DNA of 40,726 bases from a virus (taxonomy: Duplodnaviria > Heunggongvirae > Uroviricota > Caudoviricetes). Where the stretch lies: IMG/VR virus record IMGVR_UViG_3300031952_000006; one strand, given 5' to 3'. Shown in pieces: positions 1 through 8,193 of the stretch. Position 1 is the stretch's first letter. Each line of letters opens with the position of its first letter. The notes beneath the pieces were generated by a model that saw nothing but the letters and a program-made list of their open reading frames with translations, did no database searches and had not been told where the DNA came from. The position numbers were made by a program, and so were the translations under genes.

Positions 1-37
1 TCCGGCAGAATAGCTGGAGAAGGCATATCTTTCTTTA

Positions 38-48
38 GCCGATACTAT
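38..48 (+). promoter_or_regulatory. GCCGATACTAT motif, putative sigma28/FliA-like -10 promoter element
   Basis: Identical 11-mer at 3627-3637, with variants at 5809, 20978 and 34715, all intergenic upstream of + strand genes. Resembles sigma28 -10 GCCGATAA; no canonical TAAA -35. Confidence 0.45.
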
Positions 49-117
49 GTCATAGCAGTGAATAACACAAGTAAGGAATACTTGAAAATAATGTATAAAA
101 AATAGGAGTAAAATTTT

Positions 118-240
118 ATGAAGAAAAGGATTGTATCACTAAACGTACTATTTTTTTCACTAGTAGCTTCAATGTTTTTCAGCAATTGCTACATAAACGA
201 TTCAGAAGAATTTGATACGTACAACGAACTAACACAAGAT
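118..240 (+). repeat. Duplicated lipoprotein leader, copy 1 (copy 2 at 1496-1618)
   Basis: Manual alignment of the first 41 codons of the 118 and 1496 ORFs: 29/41 aa and 101/123 nt identical; upstream aaaatagg(a/g)gtaaa also shared. Confidence 0.9.
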
Positions 241-1431
241 CAGCTGTTAACAAGCAGCTCAGAAGCGTTTACCCTTGTCGTTGTCCCCGATTCCCAGGAA
301 ATGGTGGGGAGCGATGGCGGTGGAACTCCCACAATGTTCATTAACCAAGTTAAATGGATTAAGAACAATGTTAATGCGCTCAATATTAAATTTGTCAGCC
401 AGGTGGGTGATATAACAGATGACAGCAGTTCATATCAATGGACCACGGTAAGAACTGCCATGTACCAGCTGGACAATAGTGTGCCGTATGCAATTACTCC
501 AGGCAACCATGATGGAAGTGGTGACTATAGTTCATTCAATGCAAGTTTCCCATACAGCAAGTATTCGAGTTACCTCTGGTATGGAGGGGCCTACAATAAT
601 AGGAATCACAACAGCTACCAATTGTTTAGCGCAAGCGGTATGGATTTCATTATAATCCACCTTGCGTACGCTCCAGATTCGTCCGAACGTGCATGGGCTT
701 CAGGAATTTTAGACAGGTATCCCAACCATCGGGCGATCATATCCACACACAGTTTTCAAGACAGCTCACGTATGACACCCGAGGGGAGTGCTATCTGGTC
801 AAGTGTGGTCAAAAACCACAACAACGTATTTATGGTAATCTGTGGGCATATGCATTACCAGCGATACTATACCTATAAAAACAATTTCGGCAGAACTGTT
901 CACGTTCTCCTGAGCGATTATCAAGGAGACAATCCTCAAGTTGCAAAGCTCCGCTATTATACTTTCAAACCTGCGGAAAACACTGTGTATGCGTACACAT
1001 ACTCAACCCAAAAAAACCAGTATTATACCGACAGCGGAAGCCAGTTCAAATTCACCCATCAGATGAGGATTTACTCGGCAGATGATACCCTGCTTATGAA
1101 TCAAGACCTCTTCGTGAATGAGTATTTGGAATCATCAAATAAACAATACCGTCTGTATCTCCAGGAGGATGGAAACATCGTTTTGAGGGATACGCAGACC
1201 AAAGCTGCCCTTTGGTCCTCGAAAACAAATGGTAAGGGCGGAACCCATCTTGTTCTTCAGGGAGATGGCAATCTGGTGCTGTATACTGACACACAGTCGG
1301 CTGTCTGGGCAAGTAACACTGTGAATTCCGGAGCCATCAGGCTTGAACTTCATGACAACGGCTATTTGGCACTTTACAAAGGTGAGAATACTGCAGTCTG
1401 GTACGTTAATAGCACACCCCCCACGAAATAG
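118..1431 (+). CDS. Lipoprotein: calcineurin-like metallophosphoesterase fused to C-terminal bulb-type (mannose-binding) lectin domain
   Basis: Signal peptide ending FFSN-C24. Metallophosphoesterase motifs PDSQ, GDITD, GNHD, THSF, GHMH. B-lectin repeats LQEDGNIVL, LQGDGNLVLY, LHDNGYLALY. SD-like aggag upstream. Confidence 0.85.
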   Translation: MKKRIVSLNVLFFSLVASMFFSNCYINDSEEFDTYNELTQDQLLTSSSEAFTLVVVPDSQEMVGSDGGGTPTMFINQVKWIKNNVNALNIKFVSQVGDITDDSSSYQWTTVRTAMYQLDNSVPYAITPGNHDGSGDYSSFNASFPYSKYSSYLWYGGAYNNRNHNSYQLFSASGMDFIIIHLAYAPDSSERAWASGILDRYPNHRAIISTHSFQDSSRMTPEGSAIWSSVVKNHNNVFMVICGHMHYQRYYTYKNNFGRTVHVLLSDYQGDNPQVAKLRYYTFKPAENTVYAYTYSTQKNQYYTDSGSQFKFTHQMRIYSADDTLLMNQDLFVNEYLESSNKQYRLYLQEDGNIVLRDTQTKAALWSSKTNGKGGTHLVLQGDGNLVLYTDTQSAVWASNTVNSGAIRLELHDNGYLALYKGENTAVWYVNSTPPTK

Positions 1432-1432
1432 A

Positions 1433-1462
1433 AAATATTTTTTATGGAGGGGAATCAGGGTT
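1433..1462 (+). repeat. 30-bp direct repeat, copy 1 (copy 2 at 1625-1654)
   Basis: aaatattttttatggaggggaatcagggtt vs aaatattttttatgggggggaatcagggtt, 29/30 identical. Confidence 0.9.
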
Positions 1463-1495
1463 TATTTGATTACAATTAAAATAGGGGTAAAGTAA

Positions 1496-2251
1496 ATGGA
1501 TAAAAAGATTATACAACTAACCGTACTATTTTTTTCACTAATGTTTTCAATGCTTTTCAGTAATTGTTATATAAATGATTTAGAAGCATTTGATACACGC
1601 AACAAACTAACACAAGATTCAGTGAAATATTTTTTATGGGGGGGAATCAGGGTTGGTTACCTCAATAAAGGGGGCCTTACAAACGGAGGTCTGACAAATA
1701 CCCCTGCCGAGGCAGGTGATTATGAGATCGTATCCTTTGGTGCAAGCCATGGCAGCGGTACGGGAAACGAGAATACTTATTTTAATGCAGCCAAAATGAA
1801 AAACCAGGGATTTAAACCAATTGCGGTGCGAGGTCTGGACGACAGGAAAGCTGAAATGTGGATACGAAAAAACAGCGGTCAGACACGCATTAATATCCCG
1901 TCTGCTGCTCGTGCATACAACTTCCTAGTTTTGGATGGGAATGATATACAGATTAACCTGAACACAATTACTGCTGCTACTGTCTTCAGCAGCGGGGATT
2001 CTTACAGAGTGCCTGCCCCGAATGGGTCAGGCTTGAAAATTCTCTGCTATTTCAGTGATGACTCCGTAGAGCTTGTGAATGTCGGAAACGGTAAACTGCT
2101 CTTCCAGACCTGGGGTTTTGGCGATGGTGACGGTTTCGCCAATGTGCTGTATTCTCCCGGCAAACAACTACCGGGAACTGTTTCAATTAGAAATCATGCC
2201 GCAGGAGGGAAGCAATACGTGGGAATTACAGCGAATTTTAATAAGAAATAA
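1496..2251 (+). CDS. Lipoprotein of unknown function (same leader as 118..1431, unrelated beta-rich body)
   Basis: Signal peptide ending LFSN-C24. Body begins with YFLWGGIRV, encoded by the 30-bp repeat. No family recognised. Confidence 0.7.
   Translation: MDKKIIQLTVLFFSLMFSMLFSNCYINDLEAFDTRNKLTQDSVKYFLWGGIRVGYLNKGGLTNGGLTNTPAEAGDYEIVSFGASHGSGTGNENTYFNAAKMKNQGFKPIAVRGLDDRKAEMWIRKNSGQTRINIPSAARAYNFLVLDGNDIQINLNTITAATVFSSGDSYRVPAPNGSGLKILCYFSDDSVELVNVGNGKLLFQTWGFGDGDGFANVLYSPGKQLPGTVSIRNHAAGGKQYVGITANFNKK
1625..1654 (+). repeat. 30-bp direct repeat, copy 2 (in frame within ORF 1496)
   Basis: 29/30 identical to 1433-1462; contains a G7 run at 1638-1644. Confidence 0.9.
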
Positions 2252-2361
2252 TAGATATCTGGATACTATAATTATGTAAAATTTCTTTTTTTCAAAAGAA
2301 AGTTTCTATCATGTGAAATATGTGGTAGATTAATACCTAAAACAAGATGGATGTTAGATTT

Positions 2362-2390
2362 GTAAGCAACTCCCGCCTGAAGACGGAAGT
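2362..2390. mobile_element. Possible isolated IS200/IS605-family end hairpin (relic)
   Basis: gtaagcaa-ctcccgcc-tgaa-gacggaag-t forms a 9-bp stem on the minus strand with two G-U pairs. Layout resembles the short leader + GC stem + TGAA/TAAA loop of IS200/IS605 ends. No transposase nearby. Confidence 0.3.
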
Positions 2391-2501
2391 GTTCTGTACT
2401 GCAAGAAAGATTATGAAAAGGAGGTATAAAATAATTATATAACCAGCGCAAATGAATTTCGTACGATGTATTTTATAATTTTATAAAAGGAGAATTTTTA
2501 A

Positions 2502-3422
2502 ATGAAAACTATAAAAAATAAAACAATTCAAGTTTTTGTTATGTTTTTAATAATTGGCATGCCTTGTGCGATTTTTGCAGGAGCACAGGACCATGTTATC
2601 ACAGCTGAGGGTTCAGATATAGTCAGCTTCACTGATGATGCAACTACATGGGGTACGGCAGATCTCATTGGGTCAATTGCACTGAGCTGGACTGATGGCT
2701 TGATCGGAGACACTATCAATGGTGGCAATATACACCTAGTTGTAAAACCCTTTCCTTCAGAAGGAGATTACAAAATTTCCCTGAAAAAGGTTACCGCCAG
2801 TACCCCAGAAGCTATTTATGGGGAGTGGGCTGTTGAAAAGAATGGTGTGCTGGTATGCAGTGGTTCAGGGTGTATCGGGGAAGCAACAGGATTAAACGGA
2901 GTCGTGGATGTTGATACATTTAAAGTTGTTATTACCGATGGTTCTAAAGCCTGGGCAGTAAAAAGTATTATAGGATACAGCTTTATCGGAGTTAAACCTC
3001 CTACAACAGTTAAAGGCACTCTCTCTCGTGATAGTCTGCTCGATCCTTTGACAGGTGTTAAAGTTAAAGCAAAATTTAAAGTTCCTGGGTCTCCTGCAGA
3101 AAAAGAGAAAGATTCTACCTCGGATGACGGTACATATGTATTCGATTTCGGCGATTTAGATCCTGTGAATTTTAAAAAAGTTGTCATGTTTTTCCAAAAT
3201 ACTGATGCTGACGTAGTATTTAAAGGGTACATTGGTATTGCAGGCCGACCCCTTGAAGGTGCGACTGTGGTAGTAACAAGTCAGGTAAATGGACATGTTT
3301 GGGCAACAGCAACGGTAGATGCAAATGGATTGTATGAGTTACACGTAGTAGGAGCGGTCAATAAGAAAATCAATGGTCAACTGGTAAAATTAGGTAAAAT
3401 TGAAATAGAAATAAAAAAATAA
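2502..3422 (+). CDS. Secreted beta-sandwich protein with two C-terminal carboxypeptidase-regulatory/prealbumin-like repeats
   Basis: SD aaggag. Signal peptide MKTIKNKTIQVFVMFLIIGMPCAIFA. Repeats VKGTL..PLTGVKVK..TSDDGTYVF and FKGYI..PLEGATVVV..VDANGLYEL. Confidence 0.65.
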   Translation: MKTIKNKTIQVFVMFLIIGMPCAIFAGAQDHVITAEGSDIVSFTDDATTWGTADLIGSIALSWTDGLIGDTINGGNIHLVVKPFPSEGDYKISLKKVTASTPEAIYGEWAVEKNGVLVCSGSGCIGEATGLNGVVDVDTFKVVITDGSKAWAVKSIIGYSFIGVKPPTTVKGTLSRDSLLDPLTGVKVKAKFKVPGSPAEKEKDSTSDDGTYVFDFGDLDPVNFKKVVMFFQNTDADVVFKGYIGIAGRPLEGATVVVTSQVNGHVWATATVDANGLYELHVVGAVNKKINGQLVKLGKIEIEIKK

Positions 3423-3529
3423 CCAGAATAGATTTGTTTTAGTATAATGAGTAAGAATGGTGAATAGTGATCACATTCAGAAAAAATTTCATTGTGATCA
3501 GATGTGAAGATTTTTTATGATACTAATAT

Positions 3530-3566
3530 AAAACCCCCACCATTGTAAACCGGCGGGGGTTTTTTT
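3530..3566. terminator. Intrinsic terminator (probably bidirectional)
   Basis: aaaacccccacc ... ggcgggggtttt stem (one non-Watson-Crick position) with A-tract before and T-tract after. Confidence 0.75.
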
Positions 3567-3626
3567 ACATGTATACATTAAAAAACTGCTGATATTTATT
3601 GATTTCTTCTCTTAACAAATAAATCT

Positions 3627-3637
3627 GCCGATACTAT
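3627..3637 (+). promoter_or_regulatory. GCCGATACTAT motif, putative promoter -10 element
   Basis: Identical to 38-48; lies between a terminator and the next ORF. Confidence 0.45.
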
Positions 3638-3652
3638 ATCAAAGGTGCCTCT

Positions 3653-4234
3653 GTGAAAATAATGCATAATTTTGAAAAAATAGCCAGTATGCGCTTAGCT
3701 CATATCAATAATCTTAAATTAGATGGGTATACGCCTTCCTTTGATAAAGAAGAAACTAAGAAAACAATGGAGATGCACCTTGATCTTTTGAAGAATTATA
3801 TAAGTAATTTTGGAGTATACCTTTGGATATACTACACACAGTCTGGTTTGATTACACGACGGAAACTATTGAGAACGCTGCGCTTTAAAAGGATAAAACA
3901 AATTGCTGCTTCCTATACAAAAAAAATTGAAAGGGATTATGTTACAATTGAAGAAGTTCTTCTTTTGTATGGTACACTCAATTTGAATAAAGACTTTCTC
4001 TATTACTTTATATCAAAAACTTGTCTATCATATACTATATATAAAAGTCATGAGATACATCCTGTTGCAGCGGTGAATGAATTAAAAAACGGAGATGATT
4101 TATATCCAAAATTTTCTCAATTTGTGTACAGTATCTTAGTTGAATATACTATATTGCATAATCTCATGTTTGCCAGCGGTCTGAAGTTAAAGGAAATTAC
4201 AACTATAGATCGTTGGATGGAAGATTTGGAATAA
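3653..4234 (+). CDS. Hypothetical protein
   Basis: 193-aa ORF with GTG start (ATG at 3662 is an alternative); no motif recognised. Confidence 0.6.
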   Translation: MKIMHNFEKIASMRLAHINNLKLDGYTPSFDKEETKKTMEMHLDLLKNYISNFGVYLWIYYTQSGLITRRKLLRTLRFKRIKQIAASYTKKIERDYVTIEEVLLLYGTLNLNKDFLYYFISKTCLSYTIYKSHEIHPVAAVNELKNGDDLYPKFSQFVYSILVEYTILHNLMFASGLKLKEITTIDRWMEDLE

Positions 4235-4274
4235 CCTGGCGCATGCCAGAAATAATATAAGAAAGGAGATATAT

Positions 4275-4493
4275 ATGCAAAAAGTTATCGATTTCTTCAA
4301 CAATACATTCGGTAGCGAAGGAAAATGGATAATGCTCGCAGTTCTCTGCGTTGTTATCATTCTTGCTATCGTTTTGTTTTCGTATGTCATAGCGAATCTG
4401 AAATGGGTTCTTCTCGGAGCAGCTATTCTTGTGGTACTAGCAGCGGTAGGACTTATCCTGTATAAAAAATATGGACCCGTTGCAAAAGCATAA
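4275..4493 (+). CDS. Small membrane protein with two predicted TM helices and a basic C-terminus (holin-like topology)
   Basis: Strong SD aaggag. Hydrophobic segments WIMLAVLCVVIILAIVLFSYVIA and WVLLGAAILVVLAAVGLILY, then KKYGPVAKA. Confidence 0.65.
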   Translation: MQKVIDFFNNTFGSEGKWIMLAVLCVVIILAIVLFSYVIANLKWVLLGAAILVVLAAVGLILYKKYGPVAKA

Positions 4494-4506
4494 TTTACTA
4501 AGGGGA

Positions 4507-4526
4507 GAGGGGGAGTAATCCCCCTC
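4507..4526 (+). promoter_or_regulatory. GC-rich hairpin with GNRA loop in the translation-initiation region of the Lar-like gene
   Basis: Perfect 8-bp stem gaggggga-gtaa-tccccctc, 10 nt before ATG 4537; no U-tract. Confidence 0.45.
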
Positions 4527-4536
4527 ACCAATTACT

Positions 4537-4908
4537 ATGAATGAATTAACAAAAAAATTATATAAACTTGAGATCGGAAAAATACTTGTACTTAAAAATA
4601 AAGATGGTACTAGTGAAGGAACGATCTTGCGAGTCCCTTCTGGATGGGTATATAGATATACTCTTCGTAATGGGGCATGCTGCTGCTTTATACCATACTC
4701 AGAAGACGTAAGTCACTGGGATGTAGACTTATTAATAAAAAAGTGTCCGTTCTGTGGTTCTAAAAATATTTTTGTTATTGCTGATGAAATAAAATTCAAA
4801 GTGAGCTGTTCTGATTGTAAAGCAACTACTAAAGAATACGATACCAAACAAGATGCTGTTTCTGTGTGGAATTCAATAATATTGAAAGTACCAGAAAATC
4901 CTGCTTGA
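4537..4908 (+). CDS. Phage protein with C-terminal Lar-family (restriction alleviation) zinc-binding domain
   Basis: KKCPFCGS...VSCSDCKATT...QDAVSVWN matches the Lar pattern CPFCG..CxxC..AxxxWN. Confidence 0.65.
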   Translation: MNELTKKLYKLEIGKILVLKNKDGTSEGTILRVPSGWVYRYTLRNGACCCFIPYSEDVSHWDVDLLIKKCPFCGSKNIFVIADEIKFKVSCSDCKATTKEYDTKQDAVSVWNSIILKVPENPA

Positions 4909-4936
4909 CAGATAATGTATATCTGGTGTATATGTT

Positions 4937-5395
4937 GTGGCATATATAGGGAGGCTGTGTATGCCAGGAGATTTCATATTTCGCATGATTCTTGGTCATC
5001 TTGTTGGTGACTATTTTCTTCAAAACAATTGGATGGCTCTTAACAAAAAAGATCGATTCCTGCCTTGTTTTGTACATTGTATTCTATACACCTTCGCTGT
5101 TTGCCTTTTTATACAAACAGAACTTCGTATGCAATTTCCAAACACTATTGTACTTAATATAATTGGTATCTTTTTATCTCATTTTATTATAGATTATACT
5201 AATATTGTTGATAGATATCTTGATTTAATCGGAGGGCGTAGCTGGAAAAATACAGAGCAGCTTATACGAAAATTAATTAGTATGTATTCACCACATGTGT
5301 GCATCGCATACTCTACTATTGTTTCAACAGTTATTGATAACACATTACATCTACTGTGTATGTATTATTTGTTTACGTTTACAATACAATTTTGA
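4937..5395 (+). CDS. DUF3307-like membrane protein
   Basis: LGHLVGDYFLQ..WMA.NK, then H..LY, SHFIID and C-terminal D..LH, with hydrophobic helices. Confidence 0.65.
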   Translation: MAYIGRLCMPGDFIFRMILGHLVGDYFLQNNWMALNKKDRFLPCFVHCILYTFAVCLFIQTELRMQFPNTIVLNIIGIFLSHFIIDYTNIVDRYLDLIGGRSWKNTEQLIRKLISMYSPHVCIAYSTIVSTVIDNTLHLLCMYYLFTFTIQF

Positions 5396-5443
5396 AAAAA
5401 TAAAGATATTTAGGTTTTATAAGAAGACAAAAATGAGATTTCT

Positions 5444-5653
5444 GTGGATACAATAAAAATTATCCAAAAAGTAAAAAGTGATCCAACAAAAAATACGACA
5501 ATACTGACGTGTCGTATAGCAGCTGCTCTATCTAAAGATTTATCAGATATCTGTCGGGCAGAAAAGTTAAAAAAGTCTTCGATTGTTGAAGCAATTGTAG
5601 AAGATTTTGTTGAATCGTATAAGAAAGTCCGCTACACGGAGAAGAAGAAGTGA
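5444..5653 (+). CDS. Ribbon-helix-helix DNA-binding protein (putative)
   Basis: Strand TILTCRI, helix AALSKDLSDICRAEK, helix KKSSIVEAIVEDFVESY. Confidence 0.55.
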   Translation: MDTIKIIQKVKSDPTKNTTILTCRIAAALSKDLSDICRAEKLKKSSIVEAIVEDFVESYKKVRYTEKKK

Positions 5654-5663
5654 GAAAATGAGG

Positions 5664-5745
5664 GGAGTTGCTTATTCGTTGGGGGCGTACAAGCAACTCC
5701 GACCAGAAAGATAAAAATGTGCTTCTAACCATATCAGAGATATGG
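5664..5745. other. Two intergenic hairpins
   Basis: Perfect 10-bp IR ggagttgctt (5664-5673)/aagcaactcc (5691-5700); ccatatc-aga-gatatgg (5729-5745) followed by aggtttttt. Confidence 0.5.
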
Positions 5746-5760
5746 AGGTTTTTTGCAACT

Positions 5761-5796
5761 AAAAAACCCCAAGTTTTTTTAAACTTGGGGTTTTTT
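5761..5796. terminator. Bidirectional intrinsic terminator
   Basis: Perfect 16-bp IR aaaaaaccccaagttt-tttt-aaacttggggtttttt. Confidence 0.85.
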
Positions 5797-5808
5797 ATTA
5801 TAAAATAT

Positions 5809-5820
5809 GCCGAAAATAAT
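5809..5820 (+). promoter_or_regulatory. GCCGAAAATAAT, variant of the putative promoter motif at the start of the virion gene block
   Basis: Directly downstream of the 5761-5796 terminator, about 70 nt before ATG 5890. Confidence 0.35.
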
Positions 5821-5889
5821 TTATGATGGATAGGTATACTTAAAAAAGTATTGCGTACCTATATTTTTAAAAATGCAAGGAGATATGAT

Positions 5890-6819
5890 ATGAACGAGAC
5901 GTATTCTAACCTTGATCCTAAACAGATCGATCTATTAAACAAAAAAATGCAGCAAGTAAGTAACGACCCAATGCTAGCAGATGACCTCCCCTCATCAAAG
6001 CTTGCTGGATTAGGTACTTCAATGTCAGCTGCTTTCACAGGATCAATTCAAACAACAGCACCACTATCGTCACCAGGAATATCAACAATTGTTTCACCAG
6101 ACAGTGTTTTTGCAACGCCACAAAAAGCAGATGCAATTAAATCAAAAATAGCTGAAATAGAACGCGAACTCGGTTCATTAACAGCAGACCCAGTATCAGA
6201 AAGTGATCTTACTTACCGAGATAGTACCGGAAACGAAACATTTTACGTCAAAAATATCTGCGGTGGTCATTATATTCTGAGTGATATGCAAATGGACAAA
6301 ATACCGGCAGGAAAGTCGGTAGATTTGCTACAAATGGCCCAACTGGAAGATTTGAAAAAATCAAGAGATCTACGAAAAGCTATTCGTGGTGTTGGATCAG
6401 AAAGGACTCTGCAACGTCTTACTGAAAGAGAATATCTTGAAGAAAAACGAAAAGAATTGGAAAATAAGAAGAGGCTTGATATTCTTCAACAGCAGGATCA
6501 ATTGAGAAGGATGAACCAACCAAACCAACAACAGCAACAGCAGCTACTTCCCCATGAGCGCCAATTCGAACCCAATCTTGCAAATAGAGGAATTCGCCCC
6601 GCTATAGAAGCACGATTGGGTAAACTCGCCCTCAGAACAGATAGCAATGCTGACAATAGGCGACAGGCGATGTCGAGCTATGAATTCATATCCTGGCTTC
6701 AACAAGAAAGATTGACTCATGCTGAAATAGAAAATATAATGGGGCACCCTAGTGTCGTTAACGATCATGACATTAGGGCAGCTCTTCTTGAAAAGAAAAA
6801 ATCCACACCACCTGAATAG
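5890..6819 (+). CDS. Hypothetical protein (first gene of virion block; low-complexity N-terminus, coiled coil, polyQ)
   Basis: Start moved from TTG 5851 to ATG 5890 because SD aggaga precedes it. No family recognised. Confidence 0.65.
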   Translation: MNETYSNLDPKQIDLLNKKMQQVSNDPMLADDLPSSKLAGLGTSMSAAFTGSIQTTAPLSSPGISTIVSPDSVFATPQKADAIKSKIAEIERELGSLTADPVSESDLTYRDSTGNETFYVKNICGGHYILSDMQMDKIPAGKSVDLLQMAQLEDLKKSRDLRKAIRGVGSERTLQRLTEREYLEEKRKELENKKRLDILQQQDQLRRMNQPNQQQQQQLLPHERQFEPNLANRGIRPAIEARLGKLALRTDSNADNRRQAMSSYEFISWLQQERLTHAEIENIMGHPSVVNDHDIRAALLEKKKSTPPE

Positions 6820-6828
6820 GAGACAAAA

Positions 6829-7764
6829 ATGCTTAGGTTAGTCAGTGTTTATGAACAAGCGGCGGACCATATTACATTTCAAACAGAAGAATTTACTGGC
6901 GAAGCAGTTCCATATGTTATGTTTGATACAAGTACTGGCGTTTCAATATATTCACCAAATTATACGGAGGATTATCCAGCATGGCGTGCTACTGCTATAG
7001 CAACATCCACTGGATCTGCTGTATATAGATTTACTATTAACAACAGTAATCTCTATCCAGCAACATCTAAAACTATTGCTGATTATACTACCCTCAGTCC
7101 TCGTTTGTTCAAAACAATGACTTTGCAGGAGTATACAATACTTAATGATGTTCTTATTCGATTCGATCTTGTTCGAAGGCGCTTACCAAATCCAGGTATC
7201 GGATTAGCATCAACTGATGGTATTGGTGAAGATGGAGTAGTTGCTTTTACTGGGGGTCACGAAAAAAAGATGATGATTAGCGAAATCATGTCAATGGGTG
7301 AAGGAGCCATTCTTGAAATTAATGGAACTCCTCCAAGAACACAGTTCTGGCCAGTATATCTAACTCCAGAAAATGATAAAATATATAATCCGTATTATTC
7401 AAATGCAGGTATCCCCAATGATATGATGGAGCTTGCCAAAATGGGAACTCTTATTCGTTGCCTTATAGCTATGGGTATTCTTGAAGTGGATATCAGCTTC
7501 TCAACTTCAGATAGCGGACTACAGCTGACATTTGACAGAGCAGCAGGTGTTAAAGGATGGCACGATGCCCTCATTACTGAATACAAAGAAATGAAAAGTT
7601 TATTCAAATGGAACCACGCCAACCACGCGGGTGTGGGGGTCGGAACTGTACCATGGTCAGCAACCGGAATTTGGGGTACTCTTATGAATAATGCTACTTC
7701 TGGCGGAACATTGGGGCTTACATCATTATTGGGCTTTACCGCCCGTGGTAATGTTCCACTATAG
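6829..7764 (+). CDS. Putative head-tail adaptor/neck protein
   Basis: EINGTPPRTQF and ISFSTSDSGLQLTFDR...Y.EMKSLFK recall large-phage adaptor proteins (recollection, not searched). Lies upstream of head-closure and tail genes; SD aggag. Confidence 0.45.
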   Translation: MLRLVSVYEQAADHITFQTEEFTGEAVPYVMFDTSTGVSIYSPNYTEDYPAWRATAIATSTGSAVYRFTINNSNLYPATSKTIADYTTLSPRLFKTMTLQEYTILNDVLIRFDLVRRRLPNPGIGLASTDGIGEDGVVAFTGGHEKKMMISEIMSMGEGAILEINGTPPRTQFWPVYLTPENDKIYNPYYSNAGIPNDMMELAKMGTLIRCLIAMGILEVDISFSTSDSGLQLTFDRAAGVKGWHDALITEYKEMKSLFKWNHANHAGVGVGTVPWSATGIWGTLMNNATSGGTLGLTSLLGFTARGNVPL

Positions 7765-7819
7765 TGTATATTTGTGTAAAGTCAGTTTGGGCGTAAGATC
7801 TCCTTTTTGATTACACTTT

Positions 7820-7847
7820 ATTCCCCCTACGTCAGGGGGAATTTTTT
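7820..7847 (+). terminator. Intrinsic terminator
   Basis: attccccct-acgtc-agggggaat followed by a T-tract. Confidence 0.75.
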
Positions 7848-7929
7848 ACAGTTTTTTTAAAAAATTGATGTACTTTTTTAAACTTTTTTGCATAAAGTGG
7901 ATTCTAATAAATTACGTGAGGTATTTTTA

Positions 7930-8193
7930 ATGAAAAAGTTTAATACCCTAGTAATTCTGGTGCTTGTTTTATCAATGATCGCATGCTCATCAATATCGGT
8001 AAGCAAAATACAGCCGTCAGGTGATCTGACAGGGTATATTTTGTTAAAAGATGGTAAGAAAATTTCATTTGAGAAGGCATTCGTCAGTGTTGATGGAAAA
8101 CTCATCAGAATAAACAGTACCCTTGTTCGCCAGACAGTTCTTATGGAAAATGTGGCGAGCGTGTGCTTAGGAAAAGATAAGACTAAAAAATAG
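7930..8193 (+). CDS. Small lipoprotein (87 aa), moron-like
   Basis: Start moved to ATG 7930 (SD gaggt). MKKFNTLVILVLVLSMIA-C signal with lipobox; terminators on both sides. Confidence 0.7.
   Translation: MKKFNTLVILVLVLSMIACSSISVSKIQPSGDLTGYILLKDGKKISFEKAFVSVDGKLIRINSTLVRQTVLMENVASVCLGKDKTKK

Noticed and set aside
1090-1431. Diversity-generating retroelement target in the lectin domain
   Set aside because: It is a bulb-type lectin, not a C-type lectin fold; no template repeat or reverse transcriptase in the window.
4905-4934. sigma70 promoter starting at TTGACA
   Set aside because: Perfect -35 but no convincing -10 at 16-18 nt spacing; not listed as a feature.
6519-6543. PolyQ (CAA/CAG) tract as a contingency locus
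   Set aside because: Short, mixed-codon and in frame; consistent with a low-complexity linker.
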